Positions 36,983 to 45,273 of a DNA stretch of 53,620 nucleotides are shown here, in pieces. The translations under genes were made by a program, and so were the position numbers. How positions within the stretch are numbered: the first letter of the stretch is position 1; every line of letters starts with the position of its first letter. Where the stretch lies: the IMG/VR virus record IMGVR_UViG_3300037851_000502, positions 1 through 53,620 of that record; one strand, 5' to 3'. The notes under the pieces were generated by a model that worked only from the letters and a program-made list of their open reading frames with translations, was not told where the DNA came from and did not search any database. This DNA comes from a virus.

Positions 36983-38120
36983 AAAGACCTTTGGTCTTAC
37001 GATGATTGTCGGGCCGAATGACGCCGACGATTTACGGCGATGTCTTTCCAGCTTTCCCGCGCGGGAAATCTTTAACCAGATATGCCTTGTCTATACTACC
37101 AGTGACGAGGCCGTGGTAAAGGCGTGCAAAGAACTCGGGGACGTTACGGCATATTTTCCGTGGACGAGTGAACGATACCCTCACGGAAATTTCGGCGGGG
37201 CAAGGAATGCCGCAGTGGAGCTTTGCACGACGGACTATTGGATGTGGCTCGATTGTGATGATATCTTTTATCCGGATTCTGTAAAGGCCTTTGAGGATAC
37301 CCTGCGGATAATCAACCGATATGATTTTGATATTCTCGTAAATCGGTATGTACTTTCCGAGGTAGACGGAAAACCGAGGCACACGCTTTCCCGGGAGCGG
37401 ATAGTCAAACGGTCTTCTGGTATTTGCTGGAAGTTCCCGGTGCATGAGCAATTGACATGTACCGCGGAGAGCCGGGTAAATGCAGACCTTCGTGGTTTGG
37501 ATGTTATACACAGGCCGACAAAACCGTATGCGGTATCCTCTGCGAGAAACTTGCAGATACTTGAGCATGAGTTTTTCCGGAGAAATTGCCCGAAGCATTT
37601 TAAATATTACTATGCACGGGACCTGATATCGGCAGGGCTTCGGCTTGCGGCAATTCCGATATTGGTCGGGTATATTGACTCCTCCCTCGGGGACGATATC
37701 AACCTGTATGAATCTGCTTGTGAATTGGTGAATCACTATCTTTACGACGGGGATTCAATACGAAATGAAACCGTCCCACTTGCTGAAAAGTATGTCCGCA
37801 TTGCTTTACAGTGTCATCCTGAAATGGCGGAGCCGTATGTATATCTCGGGGATATTTTTCTTTCAAGAGGGGAATTAAGATTAGCGGAGCACCAATACAA
37901 GGCAGCGATGCAAAAAACATTCGGTTCAGGCCGGATGCAAGACGTGAGATACTACGAGGAAATCCCGGCCGTTCGGCTTACCGAATTGAACAGTCAACTT
38001 GGACGGAACGAAGAAGTCTTATGGTATTCGAAAATCGCAATGGAACACGGACAACGGGCCGAGTCCGTATTGTCCGCCCGTAAAAAAGCAATTGAAGAGC
38101 TGGTGAAGGAACTTGTATGA
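36966..38120 (+). CDS. Family 2 glycosyltransferase with C-terminal TPR-like repeats
   Basis: LTMIVGPNDAD..., WMWLDCDD (DXD), C-terminal EPYVYLGDIFLSRGELRLAEHQYKAAMQ. Confidence 0.65.
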   Translation: MISTSKKTFGLTMIVGPNDADDLRRCLSSFPAREIFNQICLVYTTSDEAVVKACKELGDVTAYFPWTSERYPHGNFGGARNAAVELCTTDYWMWLDCDDIFYPDSVKAFEDTLRIINRYDFDILVNRYVLSEVDGKPRHTLSRERIVKRSSGICWKFPVHEQLTCTAESRVNADLRGLDVIHRPTKPYAVSSARNLQILEHEFFRRNCPKHFKYYYARDLISAGLRLAAIPILVGYIDSSLGDDINLYESACELVNHYLYDGDSIRNETVPLAEKYVRIALQCHPEMAEPYVYLGDIFLSRGELRLAEHQYKAAMQKTFGSGRMQDVRYYEEIPAVRLTELNSQLGRNEEVLWYSKIAMEHGQRAESVLSARKKAIEELVKELV

Positions 38121-38617
38121 GTGGCATTTCAGCCTATGATGATATTATTGAGGCCGTGTTATGGGGGCTGGTCCAGATAAAGACTTCCTCCGGATACAAC
38201 ACGACTATCAAACATGCGTATGACCCCGAAGTCAGCATCGATGAGGTCCTGGAGTATCCGTCAGTGCTATTAGATGAGGGTAGTGAGGATTGTGCGAACT
38301 CGAATATCGGGAGTCATTTGCAGACAGGGGGGAACGAAGCCGGGTTACATAATTCCTTTGACCTATCGCTGCATTGCTGTCTGAATGAAGTCAATAATGC
38401 AAGGGAAGCCCGAAATAAAATCAAGGCGGATATTCAAAAGTATTTCGGTTTACATCCGAGGATACCTAATTCATTTGGCGTTGACACGGCATTCAATTGC
38501 TTTTACCGCGGGGCGACTCCGTGGGGGGTGGATAAGCAAAAACCTTTGACCGGGATTACTGTGGATATCCGCGTATGGTATCGGCAGAAACTAACGGACC
38601 CGACAACAACCATTTAA
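38117..38617 (+). CDS. Putative tail completion / tail terminator protein
   Basis: Position immediately upstream of the tube gene; size. Confidence 0.45.
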   Translation: MSGISAYDDIIEAVLWGLVQIKTSSGYNTTIKHAYDPEVSIDEVLEYPSVLLDEGSEDCANSNIGSHLQTGGNEAGLHNSFDLSLHCCLNEVNNAREARNKIKADIQKYFGLHPRIPNSFGVDTAFNCFYRGATPWGVDKQKPLTGITVDIRVWYRQKLTDPTTTI

Positions 38618-38632
38618 CAGGAGGAATCTGAT

Positions 38633-39580
38633 ATGTCTTTCATCACTGTGAAAAGGACCCTTGGCTTTAAGCTGGAGGGGACCCCGTATACGGCTGAAAC
38701 TTTGGTCGTGACTGATTACAATGTTCCGGCGTTCAACATTTCGTATGACCCTGATATCCAGACGTACGCTCGCCGGATAGCGCGCGGTGACTACACGAAG
38801 GACCCGTCAATCGCCGGAAAACGGTCAATCACTATCACGTTTTCCCACGATGTAACATGGTCCGGGGCTGCCGGGACCGCCCCTTCGTGGTTCAAGTGCC
38901 TCCAGGCCTGTGGAGGAAAAGAGCAGTCCTTCGGCACCTTCAGGACGGTCATGCCTCACGCGGACTATTCCAACGTCCCCGCAACCATCGAAGTTGTGGA
39001 AAAGGACGATACGGGTGCCCAGCTCGTCATAAAGGGCCACGGATGCATGGGGAACCCGAAAATGGTTGTTGATTCGGTAGGGCAGCCTATGCGGATTGAC
39101 TACGAGTTCAAGGGCGTGTTTAACGGCGTCGTGGATCGCGCTGCTGCCTCCATCCTGGTTCCGACAGGGTTCGATACCCCATTGCCGGAGGGCGTGCTTA
39201 CAGCCACGATGACGGCCTTTGCGGACAACCTGACCTTCGATAAGGTTACAATCGACTGGGGCAACCAAATCGAGCTTTATACGGACCCCAGCAAGGGCCA
39301 GGGACTCTCCGGTGCCCGCGTGGTTGACCGCAACCCAAGCGTTGAAATCGACCCGGATATGGTTCTTCTTGCCACGAGCAACCACTACCAGCGTCAGATA
39401 TCCAATACCACGGGGGCCGTGGCGTTCAATGTAGGGAACCATTTCCTCATTTCCGCTCCCGCCGGCCAGCTTATCCAGGGCATGAAACCCGGGGACCGGG
39501 AAGGGCATGTGACGAATACCCTGAAGTTTGAGCTGAAACGGTCTGTCGGCAACGATTCGATAACCATCAAACATTGGTAA
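38633..39580 (+). CDS. Major tail (tube) protein
   Basis: Gene order (before the chaperone and tape measure), SD AGGAGGAA, and a hairpin follows it. Confidence 0.6.
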   Translation: MSFITVKRTLGFKLEGTPYTAETLVVTDYNVPAFNISYDPDIQTYARRIARGDYTKDPSIAGKRSITITFSHDVTWSGAAGTAPSWFKCLQACGGKEQSFGTFRTVMPHADYSNVPATIEVVEKDDTGAQLVIKGHGCMGNPKMVVDSVGQPMRIDYEFKGVFNGVVDRAAASILVPTGFDTPLPEGVLTATMTAFADNLTFDKVTIDWGNQIELYTDPSKGQGLSGARVVDRNPSVEIDPDMVLLATSNHYQRQISNTTGAVAFNVGNHFLISAPAGQLIQGMKPGDREGHVTNTLKFELKRSVGNDSITIKHW

Positions 39581-39616
39581 AAGGACCTTATGGCGGGATA
39601 AAACGGAACCACCCCG

Positions 39617-39641
39617 GGAAGGATAACGGCTCTCTCCTTCC
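39617..39641 (+). terminator. Possible attenuator/terminator hairpin after the tube gene
   Basis: GGAAGGA-N11-TCCTTCC followed by the T-rich CCGCCTTTCTTT. Confidence 0.3.
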
Positions 39642-39687
39642 TCCCGCCTTTCTTTAAACGCCGAGAGCCGAAGCAAGGAGAGCCTGT

Positions 39688-40176
39688 ATGAGTGAAATGA
39701 AGGATATTGGATTCGATGAGGAGATGAAAAAGAAGCTCGATTCTTTTTCAGCAATCCAAGTCGATGCGGAATTTCGGTACATTCCGAAGGTGTACCGGGA
39801 AAAGGACGCTTCGGGGAATTACAAAGTACCAAAGGACCTTTGGCCTGTTTTCCGTCTTCGGGGAATCACCGGGGCTGATTTGATGATGATAGGGGATGAA
39901 TTGAAATACACCATCGACACGGACGGCAAGGTTGCTATTCCTAACCAGACCGGGCGAATGGCTGCGTTGACGTGCAAATACTGTATCCTTGGGTGGAGCA
40001 ATTTTCGAACGAGTGACGGTAAGGAAATCGGGCAGCCGCGGAAGGACCCGACGCTCGGGTGTCTTGTCAGTGAATCCCTCGGGGTTATTTCCGCCCCGCT
40101 CATGTTCGAATTATCGAATGTGATTGTCGGCGAAGGTCGGATGACCGAGGAAGAGTTGTTGGGTTTAGGATATTAG
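39688..40176 (+). CDS. Tail assembly chaperone (short, G-like form)
   Basis: Position between the tube and tape measure genes; slippery site near its end. Confidence 0.7.
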   Translation: MSEMKDIGFDEEMKKKLDSFSAIQVDAEFRYIPKVYREKDASGNYKVPKDLWPVFRLRGITGADLMMIGDELKYTIDTDGKVAIPNQTGRMAALTCKYCILGWSNFRTSDGKEIGQPRKDPTLGCLVSESLGVISAPLMFELSNVIVGEGRMTEEELLGLGY

Positions 40177-40514
40177 CCGGGTTACATGCGGGAGTATGGA
40201 AGGAAAAATTCAGATGCTCCTCATGCGCGGAAAACAAGACACTGAAAAAGTCGTGGGGCTGTGACAATGGGACGAGTGGCGAACCCGCATTCGTTGAAGA
40301 CCATGAGGGAATACGATACCGGTATTGGAGATGTCCGATTAAATACATTCCGATGTCGGTATTACATTTTTTCTCTGAGTATTCTTATTACAAGAATTTT
40401 CCGAGTGCGCCGATGCCGAGGAAGCAGGATATGTCCGTGAGGTTTTATTTGTCAATGCAGTATTACGAAACAAAACTGGTAGAGAACATGCGGCAACTAA
40501 AGGACCGGAGATAA
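39688..40514 (+). CDS. Tail assembly chaperone long form (G-T-like) via -1 frameshift at 40161-40167
   Basis: Manual translation of the -1 frame from 40167 gives 115 codons with no stop (RILAGLHAGVWKEKFRCSSCAENKTLKKSWGCDNG...YWRCPIKY...MRQLKDRR). It ends 4 nt before the tape measure ATG. Confidence 0.6.
40161..40167 (+). promoter_or_regulatory. -1 programmed frameshift slippery heptamer G_GGU_UUA
   Basis: X_XXY_YYZ in the zero frame, 7 nt before the G-like stop. The -1 frame stays open to 40514. Confidence 0.65.
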
Positions 40515-40517
40515 ACC

Positions 40518-42266
40518 ATGGCCGATGAAGTATTGGCAGTTGAAGCCCGGTTGAAGGATTATATATCCGGGAGCCTTCAAACCCTTGAAGCTAATATCGG
40601 GAAGTTTTCCAGGACGACGGAACAGGCTTCTGGGAAGACCGGGGATTTTGACAGGGTTTTCGCCCAGCTCGCCCGGCGTCTTGCTCCTGCTGCGATTGCC
40701 GCGACAGGGTTTGCAGTAGCGATGAACACCGTCCGGCAATCGATTGATTTTGCTTCACGTCTTTCTAATTTTTCTGCGAAGACCGGGCTTTCAACGGATT
40801 CAATTCAGCGGCTTGGATATGTCTCGAAACTTGTCGGGGTTGATATTACCAGCATGGGGATGGGATTCAAGCAATTCCAGATTCGTGTATACGAGGCTCA
40901 GCAAGGAAATGACAAAGCCTCGCAGTCTTTTAAGCGGCTCGGGCTTGATGTAAAGAACGGGAAGACCTCGGTTGAGGATGCTATTCTCGCTCTTTCAGAT
41001 ATCAAAGATGCAAATGAGCGCGCGGCGCTTGCAACAGATATTTTCGGCCGGGCGAGTATTGACCTTTTGCCTATTCTTTCGCAGGGGCGGGAACAGCTTC
41101 AAAAGAACTTGCAGGATACTGAAAAATTCGGGCAGGTCATTGATGCAGAAACAGTGAAGAAACTTGATGACCTTGGGAATGCTTTTGGCCGGCTGAAGGG
41201 GGCAATGGGCGGGGCAGGCGCGGAGATGACGGCGACCATGGAGCCCGCATTAAGTAGAATCGTCTCCCTTGCCACGGAAGGGGCTGTCGCCCTTAAAAAC
41301 TTTTTCAAAGAAACAAAGAACATTCCGACAGAGACACGAGCCCCTTCTGCAACAAGCATGGGGCTTCTTTCACAGACTCTTTCAGTGCAAGGCGACGTAT
41401 TGACCCCGGAAGCAAAGGCCGCGATGGAGGAGTCAAAAAAAGCGGCTCTTGCAGAAGCGGCAAACCAGAAAAAGAAATTGACGGAAGAGGAGCAGCAAGC
41501 CCTTGAAAAGCAGCATTGGGAAGCATATAAAATAATGCTCCAGGAAAATGCCGAGTGGGAGCAGTCCGTAAAGGACGAACTCGCCCGGCAGGACATAGAG
41601 CGGGAAAAGAATATCACGGAACAGATGCGAGTTGAAAAAGAAAATCAATTTGCTGATGCAAGAGCAACAGTGGAAAAGCGGATAAAGTTAGAGCAGGATG
41701 CGGCTAAAATTGAACAGGCAAAATTCGATTTCAAGAAAGACCTTACGCTTTCTTTCATAACAATCTCCGGGCAAGCCACACAGAATATGGCGGAGAACGC
41801 GAGGGCGAGAAAACGCTGGGCCTTGGTTGAGACTGTGGCATACGGGGGTGCTTCTTCCGCTATTGCATGGAAAGAAGCATTCATGGCGAAGGACACTGGG
41901 GGTTTCTATGGAAAGCTCGCAGCGGCTATTATCGGCACGGTTGCCGCAGTTGCGAATACGGCAGTTGCAATTTCAACAATAAATAAATATGCGGTTGGTA
42001 CTCGTAACGCTCCCGGAGGTCCTGCGCTCGTGGGTGAAGCCGGGGCGGAACTTGTCCTTGGCCCGTCATTCGGCAATCTCCCGCGCGGGTCCACGGTGTT
42101 CAATAACTCAGAGACGAATTCGATATTGAACTCCGGGAATAAAACCGAGGTCTATAATTTCTACGACCAGAGCGGAAACCTTATTGACTCTATACGCAGG
42201 GAAATCCGTTCCGGCCGTGGTCAGGATTTGGTTTCCGATTTACAAACACGATTTAAGAAGGGTTGA
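40518..42266 (+). CDS. Tape measure protein
   Basis: Position after the G/GT chaperone; long alpha-helical Ala/Glu/Lys-rich protein (582 aa). Confidence 0.8.
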   Translation: MADEVLAVEARLKDYISGSLQTLEANIGKFSRTTEQASGKTGDFDRVFAQLARRLAPAAIAATGFAVAMNTVRQSIDFASRLSNFSAKTGLSTDSIQRLGYVSKLVGVDITSMGMGFKQFQIRVYEAQQGNDKASQSFKRLGLDVKNGKTSVEDAILALSDIKDANERAALATDIFGRASIDLLPILSQGREQLQKNLQDTEKFGQVIDAETVKKLDDLGNAFGRLKGAMGGAGAEMTATMEPALSRIVSLATEGAVALKNFFKETKNIPTETRAPSATSMGLLSQTLSVQGDVLTPEAKAAMEESKKAALAEAANQKKKLTEEEQQALEKQHWEAYKIMLQENAEWEQSVKDELARQDIEREKNITEQMRVEKENQFADARATVEKRIKLEQDAAKIEQAKFDFKKDLTLSFITISGQATQNMAENARARKRWALVETVAYGGASSAIAWKEAFMAKDTGGFYGKLAAAIIGTVAAVANTAVAISTINKYAVGTRNAPGGPALVGEAGAELVLGPSFGNLPRGSTVFNNSETNSILNSGNKTEVYNFYDQSGNLIDSIRREIRSGRGQDLVSDLQTRFKKG

Positions 42267-42269
42267 AAA

Positions 42270-42509
42270 ATGGGCCAGTCTTTATTTTCATGCGGTGACA
42301 CCGGATGCCCTGTTGTTCAGGAAAACGTGAAGGAGGTCTACTTGATAAAGGCAGAGATTGCAGACCTGAAGGAGTGCAAGGTTGATTTATACAAGACGGT
42401 CAACGGAGTAAAATCAACGGTTGACAGACTCGTCGGCCAAATATCCATCGCAGTTGCGGCAATAACAGTGATTGTCCAGCTTGTATTTATGTTTCTTGAA
42501 AAGAAATAA
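42270..42509 (+). CDS. Small protein with C-terminal transmembrane helix
   Basis: ISIAVAAITVIVQLVFMFL hydrophobic segment. Confidence 0.5.
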   Translation: MGQSLFSCGDTGCPVVQENVKEVYLIKAEIADLKECKVDLYKTVNGVKSTVDRLVGQISIAVAAITVIVQLVFMFLEKK

Positions 42510-42511
42510 AT

Positions 42512-42934
42512 ATGCCACAAATTCTAATTGCACATCCAGCGGCTTCCCCGCGTTGGAAAACGGATACCATAGTTGATGTGTACCCGGACACGGATGATAT
42601 GCACTCATTTCCCGAACCACTGTATACTGTTATTAAGGCGAAGGGGGCTATTGAAGAGATACGGGCAAAGTTCCAAGCGCAAGCGGGAAAAGTGTTTGAC
42701 ATTTCCAGCGGGAAAAGCTGTGATAATATGTATGTTAAAAATCTTTCAGCTTCTGCCTTGACTGCCGCGGATAAAACTACACTTGAAAATACCAAGTCAA
42801 CTACGATACAGAAAGATGCAGTATTCACGAAGCTGGTGAAAATAGATTCCATTCCTGTTGAAGATATCAAAGCCGAGGAAGCCCCGAAAGAGGTCGACCC
42901 CATCGTAAATGAAATTCTCGGCGGGGGTAAATAA
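42512..42934 (+). CDS. Hypothetical tail-module protein
   Basis: ORF; TAATG coupling to the next gene. Confidence 0.55.
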   Translation: MPQILIAHPAASPRWKTDTIVDVYPDTDDMHSFPEPLYTVIKAKGAIEEIRAKFQAQAGKVFDISSGKSCDNMYVKNLSASALTAADKTTLENTKSTTIQKDAVFTKLVKIDSIPVEDIKAEEAPKEVDPIVNEILGGGK

Positions 42935-45273
42935 TGGCGAGTGTTGCATACGCGGTCTGTCCATCCTGTCCCGCCAATATCATTACTGGCTCGGGTACTT
43001 TATCTATTGTAAACGCGACCGGCCTTGCTACTTTTACTGTTGCTCAGACAAATGTTCTGTTTGGCGTTGGAATGGAAATTTCTTACAATGATGGCACAGC
43101 GCGAAAAGCCTATATCGCAAGTAAGGTATCAACTACACAGTGGTATGTTACAACCGCTCTCGGGGCCAATCCACCTGATTGTTCAGGCGCTACGATAACG
43201 GCTGTGACCGCCCCTTATGCTTCCATGTCAGCCGCCGAAGCTGGGTGCAATGACGCAAACCACACGAACAATACGGACATAACCGCAACGGGGGCGAACC
43301 TAACGGCGCTGAATATTTCTTGTTACTGCGAACAGAGTGGATACACGGCAGACACGACAACGGTGACGTGGAATGCCATGACTGGGGATGCAACCCATCG
43401 GCCGTATATTTATTCTCCAACGAATACTACTACGGAATGCAATCTGGCGATGTTTCCGACAAGCCCGAAGTATAGTGTGCAGAAGTATAGGCTGATTGCA
43501 AATTCTACTATCGTAAAAAGTACCACCGCTAATTGGTTGCATTTAAATCATTTGCAATTATATAGTCAATATCTTGCTACGAGCGCCATTAATAACATCG
43601 GTACAACACTAATTGCTGGAGAAACAAATGATATTTTAAATTGCATTATAGTCACGTCAGAAGCAACAGCCGCTGGTTCAAGAATAGGGATACGACAATT
43701 AGGGAATGTTGCTGGTGCTACACTAAATATCGTTAATAATACAATTGTATTAGTTCCATCGGGTAGATCAACTGCGTCTTATGGTGTTTATTGCTCAACA
43801 GGAACATCAACCATAAATGCTTATTCGAATACAATCTATGGATGGCTTACTGCCCCACTTAATAGAGTTACTTCTGCCAATGTAATTAATAGTCTAAATA
43901 ATACTTTTATCGGAAATGGGACAACAACCGCTGGCTGCGTTAAAAACTACGATGTTTACGACATAAACGAAAGCGAAGCCAACGGCTTTCTTACCACTCA
44001 GACAGACGCGCAACTATTCGCGGATGTATCGGATGCTTCCCCGCTCAATTGGGACTGGACACCGAAGGCAGGCAGCGACCTGATTGACAAAGGCAGTACT
44101 CTCGGTGCACCGTATAATGTGGATATATTAGGGACGAGTAGACCTCAGAGAAGTGTCTACTGTTGCGGAGCCGTTGAGTATATAACCCCGGGGACAATAT
44201 CCCTCTCCGGATGCACTCCGGCAACAGGATACGAAACTGGGAACACAGTAATATCTATCTCCGGTTTGAATCTCACTACTCCAACGGGTGTTACCATAAA
44301 TGCGGTCGCCTGTACGAGCGTAGTCCTCGTAAGCTCTACCCTGATAACGTGTATCACTCCTGCCAATCCCGTAGGGACTTATGATATAGTGGTTACGATT
44401 GGTGGTACAGACTACATCCTTGAAGATGCTTTCACCTATACCCTCGTAAAATCCCTGACCTTGACATACGGCGCGACTTCCGTATCCTTTACTCCCCCGC
44501 TTTTCGGATATAAAACCATTATCGATATGCCGTTTGATTTCAGTGAACAGGATGACGGCACGATTGATTCATTCGATAACGGCACGGCATACGATAAACG
44601 GGTTTGCCGATTCACGCTCGAACTTAACGCAGCGGATGCAGAAATACTCCGTGAATTTCTTTATGAGACTTCGCGCGGGCATGATATCACCATGACTCTC
44701 TCCAGCGGCTCGGGGTTTCACCCCTTCGGTCCGGACAAAGGTGACGCTGGAAGTTTTACTGTATCGTTTTCAATCCTTGACCATCGCGGCGTAGGGGAAA
44801 GCCCATACCTGTATTTCCACATGGACTGTGAAATAGTGAACGTCGGGTCATATCCATCATACACTCCCCCGGATGAAGTTGACGAGGGGGTCATGCAGAT
44901 AGGCTCTATAACCGGGCTCAGGTTTCCTCCGTCGTGGTTCAAGCCGAAACAGGAATATGCTTTAAACGTCCAGCATACGGAGTCTAATGCTTCTCACTGG
45001 GTAGACCGTGGTCTTTACGGTGACTCGTATAAAAATCAATTTACTTTGCAGATAAATGAATCAAAACTTGCGGCACTTCTTACATATATTATAGGGACAG
45101 CCCGGAATGGGAATCTCGGTCTGACCGCCCCGGAAAATGCATATCCTTTTGGTATCGATAACGGCGGGGACGGTTCGGCTATGACGACCAAGTTGACCAG
45201 CGGAACATTTGAGATTACCCATAACCGATATAATGATTTCACCATGAATATGGAATTGGCACTTGTCCTATGA
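42934..45273 (+). CDS. Tail protein with beta-helix-like repeats, an IPT/TIG-like domain and a distal-tail-like C-terminus
   Basis: Asn/Thr-rich repeats (INNIGT, NIVNNTIV, NAYSNTIYG). ISLSGCTPATGYETGNTVISISGLNL...TCITPANPVGTYDIVVTIGG is IPT-like. Confidence 0.65.
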   Translation: MASVAYAVCPSCPANIITGSGTLSIVNATGLATFTVAQTNVLFGVGMEISYNDGTARKAYIASKVSTTQWYVTTALGANPPDCSGATITAVTAPYASMSAAEAGCNDANHTNNTDITATGANLTALNISCYCEQSGYTADTTTVTWNAMTGDATHRPYIYSPTNTTTECNLAMFPTSPKYSVQKYRLIANSTIVKSTTANWLHLNHLQLYSQYLATSAINNIGTTLIAGETNDILNCIIVTSEATAAGSRIGIRQLGNVAGATLNIVNNTIVLVPSGRSTASYGVYCSTGTSTINAYSNTIYGWLTAPLNRVTSANVINSLNNTFIGNGTTTAGCVKNYDVYDINESEANGFLTTQTDAQLFADVSDASPLNWDWTPKAGSDLIDKGSTLGAPYNVDILGTSRPQRSVYCCGAVEYITPGTISLSGCTPATGYETGNTVISISGLNLTTPTGVTINAVACTSVVLVSSTLITCITPANPVGTYDIVVTIGGTDYILEDAFTYTLVKSLTLTYGATSVSFTPPLFGYKTIIDMPFDFSEQDDGTIDSFDNGTAYDKRVCRFTLELNAADAEILREFLYETSRGHDITMTLSSGSGFHPFGPDKGDAGSFTVSFSILDHRGVGESPYLYFHMDCEIVNVGSYPSYTPPDEVDEGVMQIGSITGLRFPPSWFKPKQEYALNVQHTESNASHWVDRGLYGDSYKNQFTLQINESKLAALLTYIIGTARNGNLGLTAPENAYPFGIDNGGDGSAMTTKLTSGTFEITHNRYNDFTMNMELALVL

